Assembly: GCF_009914755.1 (NCBI RefSeq)
Contig: NC_060928.1
Length of the DNA: 64,000 nt
Reading direction: 5' to 3' (one strand)
From: the human T2T-CHM13v2.0 reference genome, Homo sapiens
Shown piece after piece: positions 57,036 to 64,000 of this stretch (positions are counted from its first letter, which is position 1; each line of letters begins with the position of its first letter). A program made the position numbers and the translations under genes. Below the pieces are notes generated by a model. The model was not told where the DNA came from. It was given only the letters and a program-made list of their open reading frames with translations, and made no database searches.

Positions 57036-60000
57036 GATTTTAAATATCTCCTATATGAGGGTAGCTTCAACTTCATGTCTCTGGCATGAACCCTTTCCTT
57101 GTGCTACAGGTTCACATATGGAAATACCTCCATGACTTTCCACTTGCAGCATAAAGAAAGCGTTCAAAACTAAAAATAGGCAGATCAGAGAGTCACTGAT
57201 GCTGAGTTTGCAGGAGGAGGCAAAGTGCTGAAGGAGAAGAGGAAGAGTTAAAAAGACTGAGGCAAAGGAGTGCTTCTCTAGGAGAGGGACCATATGCAAA
57301 TGGCAACAAAAGTCCAGGCAAAAAGACAAGGCGATGGGCAACTGGGCCAGCCAACCTCATCTGACATCTCAACACCCTCTCGACACCTTATGGGTTGGAT
57401 TGTATTGCAAGAATCCAAAGTAAAAGGTGACTTTCAATGTTTTGGGGGTTCTGTGTGTTCCCAGCAGAGGAAGAAAACAAGATATTTTTCTCCCTGCAAT
57501 CACCTGTACTCCATCAATGTGAACAGCAGGAGATGAAGGCGATGGGCCACGTGATGGCCCTGACCTGCTGAAAGCTAAAGCTCAATTCCTTTTGACCAAT
57601 ATTCTAACTCAAGATAGAAGACCATTGTGCAGAGTTACATAAATGTTAGTATTCCCAGAGAAAATAAAAATCTGAATAACATACCCCAGGTTATGTTATT
57701 CTATATACTATATACTATATACTAACAGGTGTTCTCTCTTGGGGTACAATCATGGGAAAAGTTAACTTATAAAATGACACCGTTTTGTAAACAATGTTTT
57801 ACACTGAGCCTGATTTACTTTATATACACCAAAAGCTTCCACGTGGTATGATTGTTAAGGGCCAGCCTCTTCCCACTCCACCCACAAAGATACATTGAAA
57901 TGCCCATGAAGTCCAGAGAGGAGAGCTGGTTGTTGATTTTTTTCCAAGCAATTCACATTTAAGCATCTCCCTCTTTTTTGGGAATGAGTATCATAATTCA
58001 GAATCATTTGACTTTTATCTTTTAGCTGTACCTTCCCATATATGTTTTGTAAAACAAAGAGATACCCAGAATTTATGCACAGAGGTCTTCCCAGTGGAAG
58101 GATGCATTCCCAGATATAAACATGAACAGGTGCACTCTAAACTCAAGGGAAACCCATCGTTTTAAAAAAATATATAATGAAAAAGACAAAGAGTAGGGAG
58201 GCAAAGTGAGTAAGTTCACAATATAACCTTAAGGGCTGTGATTTCCAATATGGACTGTGACTGACTGCACTATAGCTAACTGCTTCAGTTTTCACACCTG
58301 CAAAAGGGTCATAGTCACAATGGGCAAATATTAAGGTTTGGAAACCTATTCTCAATTTAGCAGCTTTGCTTCATGGAGGAAAAGAGAAAACCATGCACAT
58401 AGATCTAACTATGGAAGTGTGGGATGCACCGTTTTGTATACCAGCTCCCAATATAATCACTTTTACAGAACTGTATATTTATTGTAAACATACTATTTAG
58501 GGGACTTCTTATTACATTTTAGAGTCCCCTTTATAAAGACTTACAGGAAAAACATTTCCTCAGGGCTTAGTGTCAGGGAAAGTCAATGCTGCTTCTCTTG
58601 ATCAGTTAGGAATGTTTCTAACTTGGGGACTGTTTGAGTCTTATCACTTCATTGATGCAGCTTTAATACATGTGCATAATCTTGCATAATCCACTTCCAT
58701 GTACTAAGGCTTCCTGATTTCATCTCACTATTCCACTTGACTTTTTTCCTGATTTGTTTAATTTTATCTTCATCTTACTGAGTTATTGTAGTTTTGTTAG
58801 TAGCTCATATTATATTTTTAAGTAGATGGATAATAAAATACATTAACTTAACAAATGGTATCCAACAGAAATGGATGTTACAAGCATACAGCTATATGAT
58901 TAATACCTGATTAAAGAATTTAAACCTAGGAAATGTTTTCAGCCCAGAAGAGACCAACAGATAACTCTAAACATGCCACTAAAATGAATTATGTGCAAAG
59001 CCCATTCCTTGCAAGTTAGAACTTCTACATGTTGATTCAAGTCCCATTCACATGGCTCTTCAACTAATCTCTCAGTGTTCCAAGTCAATGATTGGGCTTG
59101 AAAGCTTTTGGTTGGGGGAAAAAAAATGGGCTTCATATTTTAACACATACGGAGTTAAGACAAAGACAGTATGGAGATATAAAGTGATTCTTTTAAAAAG
59201 ATCCTCTTTATGTAATAGTTTAATCAGATGTTGTATTTCATGGTGTGATAGTCACAATGTCTTCAACATCCCAATGTCATAAGTGCTGCCTAAATTCTGG
59301 CTATGTCCAAAAGGTACTTTTAAGCCAAAAAGCAGGATTTTCCAGCCAAGGTACCCTATAGAATGTTTCATTATGTCACATGCTAGTCTAATCTCTACAG
59401 TCTTCCAGAAATGTCCCACCAGTCCACTCTTTCGCTGCTGTTTCAGCCTGACTTGGACATGCTCTTGTCCATGATCCTGAAGTCTAAGATGTGCCACATC
59501 ACCACTCCCAACAGCATGTCCAAAGACTCCCAGAATTAATTACATTATGTCCTGATGGTGTCTGTCTCTACAAGGATGAGGACTGACTCTTAAGGTGACT
59601 TTATTCTCAGGCAGGTACAAACCATCAAGTAATAATATTTATGTATATAAATATTTATGATGCACATATGGGATAATTCCTCAGTCTCAGACACATCCAT
59701 ACGCAAGAATTCAAGGAATCAATCTAAGTAAGATTTATCATGCAGTTAAAAACACAGTTGACAAAAACTAAAATTTTACACATCCATTGGATAGATTCTC
59801 TCTCAAATCAGTAATCACAGGTAAAGAGGAGGTGTGGAGCGGAAGGCTAGGAGAGGACCCATCACATTTCTCTTCTGCTGCTTCATAACTGTTATCAATG
59901 AGGGAGTCACAGTCCAGGGAGGCCTCAGGGTCACCAATAATCTTACTCTAGGCCAGACTAACAACACCGTACAGCAAATTTTTATTCTTGAAATGCAATG

Positions 60001-60199
60001 CACTTAAATCAGCACTATTCTGCTCATACAGAACTGAAATGTCAAGGTCAGTGCAAAGGGATTACAGCTGGTCGTTAGGCACAAGGCCCCCCTCAGGAGT
60101 CAGACAGGTTTTGGACTCTGGTTTTCCCTCTTAGCAGCTATGTGACCTTGGACAGTAACTTAACTTCTCTGTGCTTCAATTTTGTAGAAACCGAATAAC

Positions 60200-60780
60200 T
60201 CATCTCTAGGCATTCTCTTGGTTACAAGTAACAGAACATCCAACAGGAATATCTTAAACAATAAGGACATTTATTATCCCTCTTTGTCAAGATCTGGGCA
60301 GTGGTGGGGTGGGCAGTTCCAAGACTGGTTAATTCAGTAGCTCGATAATCCTATCAGGGTTCTAGGTCCTTTATATCTCACTCCTTCCATTCTCTGACCA
60401 TGCTTGATGCATTGGCTTATCCTCTTTAGCCTGGTCCTCAAATTGGGCCAAGTTGCTGTTTGGTGCTATACATCACTTGCCAATGACAATATCCACAGAT
60501 AGAAAGGACAACATATTTACCTGGCATCCATATTTTAGAGCAAGAAAACTCTTCTCATAAATTCTCAACAGTGTTTCCCTCAAGTCTCAAAACTGCATGG
60601 CCTTTCCAGGCCTAGCCAATTATTTGGCAAGTCAAATTAGACCACTATGATTTGTTTATACCAATTACAATTCACTCCAAGTGGAGGGACTGAGAAAGAG
60701 CCAACCAGAACGTGCCCATTTGGAGAAAGGTGAAAAACAACAGGGACTCTGTAGCAAGGACAAAAGGCGTGAGACTGTAG
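60200..60780 (-). mobile_element. Old MaLR LTR (MLT1J/K-like) inserted in a MIR
   Basis: ttggttacaagtaacagaa..ggttaattcagtagctc..; MIR pieces at about 60100-60200 and 60830-60910. Confidence 0.45.
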
Positions 60781-61978
60781 GACAGGCAACTACTAGATCT
60801 GCCACTATCTTCTGGAAGCTATTTTGTGTTTTAAATGAGATAATCTGTGTAAAGCTCCTAACACAATGCTTAGCCACTAGTGCAGAGAAGTAAAAATATG
60901 TTAGCTGTTTATATCATTAAGGGCATTATTAATAACATCATTAAGTATGAGTACCACATAGTCTTTCCACAACATTCATAAACCGTTTATTTAAACACTG
61001 AACACCTGCTTGGTCACACTCCACCTGGAGAATCTGATGAACTTTTCTGCCAACCTAGCATGCAGCTACAGGTGTGTGCCTCTGCAGTGACCATGCACAC
61101 ACATTTTTCTATACTGTTTCAGCTGAAGGTTCTTGGCCCTCTGAATGCCATCTAGGAGACTCTGGATTAAATCTTTAAAAAATACTTCCTTATACAGGTC
61201 TTCCCACTGATCCTCCTATCTCCTGGATTGCTCCGCCATCACACTTGTGATCTGCCTCCTGCCATAGCCCATAAGATCTACAAGGAGAGAGACCATCTCT
61301 GTATCCTTCAATGCTAGTTCCCACTGCCCAGTAGGGTTTTTGATTCAGCACATTGACCAAATTCTATTTGTAAAACTGAGAATTTATCAACTTTAAATAA
61401 TGAGTTAAAGCATTTTCAAAGCACAAGCAAATTTTCTTTCCAATGCAAAGTAGCTATAAGACTATTATATAAAACTCAAGGGTGGGTTTCTTGGAAAGCC
61501 CTCAAATATCCTTAGTGGAGAAAAGCAGGCAAGAAGGAAAGTAGACGAATGAATAAGAGGACAAAGAGGAATTATGGTAATAAGAGTTGCTAAGTAAGAA
61601 GAGGGAAGAAAACATAAGGTTTATTAACTCAACTTGTCTCTATGTGTGAACAGTATGCTAAGATATTCAATGTGCTTTCATTTGACTTAAAAAATGGAAG
61701 AGTTATTCAAGGGAAGAGTTCTTATTACCATTTTGTAGGTTAGGAAATTGAGCGAGGTAAACATTTGTCATTTCTGTGGTTATACAGCATCCTGAGTTTA
61801 GGAGAAGAAATTGAGCATGATCAGCTGAGGCTTTTCTGGGATTTTTCTTTTCAGATCTGGTCTGCCTTAAGAAGATTTGAACTCTTTCTTAAATGTAAGT
61901 CTTATGTCTTCCTTGTTCAATACTTTATTCTCAGCAGTAGAAGTGTACCTGGCACATAATAGGTACTCAATATATATA

Positions 61979-62060
61979 GAAGAAAAGAAGAAACAAAGGA
62001 AGGGAGGGAGGGAGGGAAAAATGGGAGATGGAAGGAAGGGTGGGGGAAGAAGGAAGGAAT
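61979..62060 (+). repeat. GA-rich low-complexity tract
   Basis: gaagaaaagaagaaacaaaggaagggagggagggagggaaaaatgggagatggaaggaagg. Confidence 0.8.
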
Positions 62061-64000
62061 TGAACAATTTCTGATGTCTGCCACATGGTACAGGTTCTGC
62101 CCAGAAAAGAGAGGCCTTCAGTTGACCAGTAATTTTGTCTAATGCAAGGGTGGAGTATGAATAAGCCCACTTGGCCACCAATTAAAAGTCCATTCTCTAA
62201 TCAGCTCTAACAGTACTGATGATGGCATTATAACTCCAATTTGTTGACACCTAAAATCTCTTAACTGGCTCTGAATTCAGGAAGGGAAAGAGTTTATTGA
62301 GCTCCCAATGCCAACACTTTGTGCTCAAAGTTTCAACGGTGTCTCTAACCTCCTTTATAGCCTATTCTCTTTTATTTTTTGCAATGCCTGTTCCTGCCAA
62401 AATACACAATCCACTGTTTCACACACTCCTCACTCCAGTGTTTGCCTCATGGTGTTCTCTTTGCATGAAATTCCATTTCCCACTCTACTTCAGTATAACA
62501 AAATGCTACTCATAATTCATTTATTTGAATACAAAGGCCCAATGCAATTTTTACCACTCCCAAAACTCTTCCCAGATGCCCGCAGCTGAGGTAATCTTCC
62601 CTTCCTCTGAATTCTCAGCGCTACTTCTCTGTATCATTCTGATAGTGACCATCTCCTATTTGATTTACTTATATATCCTAAACCTTCCTGATATAACTTC
62701 TTCAAACAGAATCTGAAGGAATTGGTAGGAATAATAGCCTAAGACAAGAAAGGCATCCTTGTTGAAATCAGCCTGAGCAAAAAGTAAGACCCATGAATGT
62801 CTAACTCATGTTCATGTGGAGTGCAGGAAGCACAGGGGCATGTAATATAAGCTAAGAGCAGAAAAGGACACCGCACTAATCTAATTATACTAATTCTAAT
62901 GACAACAGAAAGCCAACATAAGTCAGCATGGGAAAGAGACATAAACAGTAACATGGGCAAGCATTTATCAGGCTAAACAGATTCTTACATATTTGTCAAA
63001 ATCTATTTCATTCACACATACCATTTGGGCTAAGACTTACTGAGTGATTGTTTTCTCTATTTCTGTTCTTAACTTCTTTTACAAATTAGGCCAAAAGTTT
63101 GAAGTAAGTTTAGTCTAGGTCTAGAATACCTATTCTGTATTTGAAAAGAGAGCCCATTTGTATACCTGAAATTGACCCAATTTAGGATATGGGCTCAATT
63201 TAAGTAAAATATTGCATCATATTAAATAAAAAAGTTCACTTATACTTCTCATGCTTCTTACCAAATACTACTTGCTTTTTCACAAAACTGTGACACCCTT
63301 TAATTACAAGATACCGTGTCCCTGGTTTTTCTAGACAACAATCCCTCCTTAGTGGGTACCTTTTCCCTACTTTTTTAACCTGACTGTGCCTAACAGTCTG
63401 AGTTTTACCCATTCCATAGTTAATTCTCCCAAGGACAGGCAAAGAATTGACTTTTTACAAGTTCACTTTAAAAAATGGCACTTCCTGAGACCCAGATTTC
63501 CCATTTGTCAATGAATTCCGAAGGGCTCCTTTCAGAGCAACAGCTTCTCAAAATGAGGAGATGAGGGAGGTGGTTGAGCAGTAGTTTTTTCTTCCTCTCA
63601 TTCCCCCAAAAATGAATAATGAAAACCTGGCGCAAAATCTCAGAATATCTGCTCATCTCTGTGTTGGGTAGAGTAAACCTACAAAGAAGGAAAATGGCAA
63701 GTGAGGGGAGAGTTTGAAGGCATAAAAAGAAAGAGTTAATAAATAGACCAAGGACTGAGACTGGAAAAGGAGACAATAATGGGCATGAAAGTAGATACAC
63801 TTTGTTTTTGTTTCTGTTTTGGCTTTAAGGAGGAAAAATCCCATCTGGTACATGTTTATCTTCTATGTTTTCTAAGAGATTCTGAAATCTATGTCGCCAT
63901 AAGGCCTTACACTATGATCAATGGATATTTGTTGATTTCATTTTAATTTCATTCAAATCAAGAATTGTACCCATAAATTCTCTCCATGCCCTTATAGGGG

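Noticed and set aside
55590-58531. Small hairpins (aggagctct/agagctcct at ~55591, aataacata/tatgttatt at ~57676, aggggact/agtcccct at ~58499) as terminators or pre-miRNAs
   Set aside because: Stems of 8-9 bp are expected by chance in 64 kb and are too short for pre-miRNA; intrinsic terminators do not apply here.
59252-59497. 81-aa ORF in unique-looking sequence
   Set aside because: No recognisable domain and no convincing splice pair in DCHS2 phase; a length expected by chance.

Overview
This is AT-rich, CpG-depleted primate (very probably human) genomic DNA lying entirely inside the minus-strand gene DCHS2 (dachsous cadherin-related 2). Three canonical cadherin-repeat exons (42987-43178, 31944-32175, 596-832) splice in frame across very long introns; the upstream exon(s) and the rest of the gene lie outside the window. 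The introns are dense in repeats: Alus, L1 and L2 fragments, MIRs, MaLR/ERVL/ERV1 solo LTRs including MER41B, and DNA transposons including a near full-length Tigger1. An antisense processed pseudogene of KLHDC4 lies at about 39.4-40.1 kb. Nothing prokaryotic (operons, CRISPR, rRNA/tRNA) is present, and almost all ORFs in the supplied track are chance or repeat-derived. The most interesting observations concern splicing: five repeat- or retrocopy-derived cryptic exons that can chain with the real exons into one open frame, a candidate TDP-43-type poison exon, and a YCAY (NOVA-type) cluster at a 3' splice site. Also notable are a MER41B GAS site, an 11-unit GGAA microsatellite and a nested L2/MLT1/Alu/L1 composite. 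Gene and repeat-subfamily names come from recognition of sequence, not from database searches.
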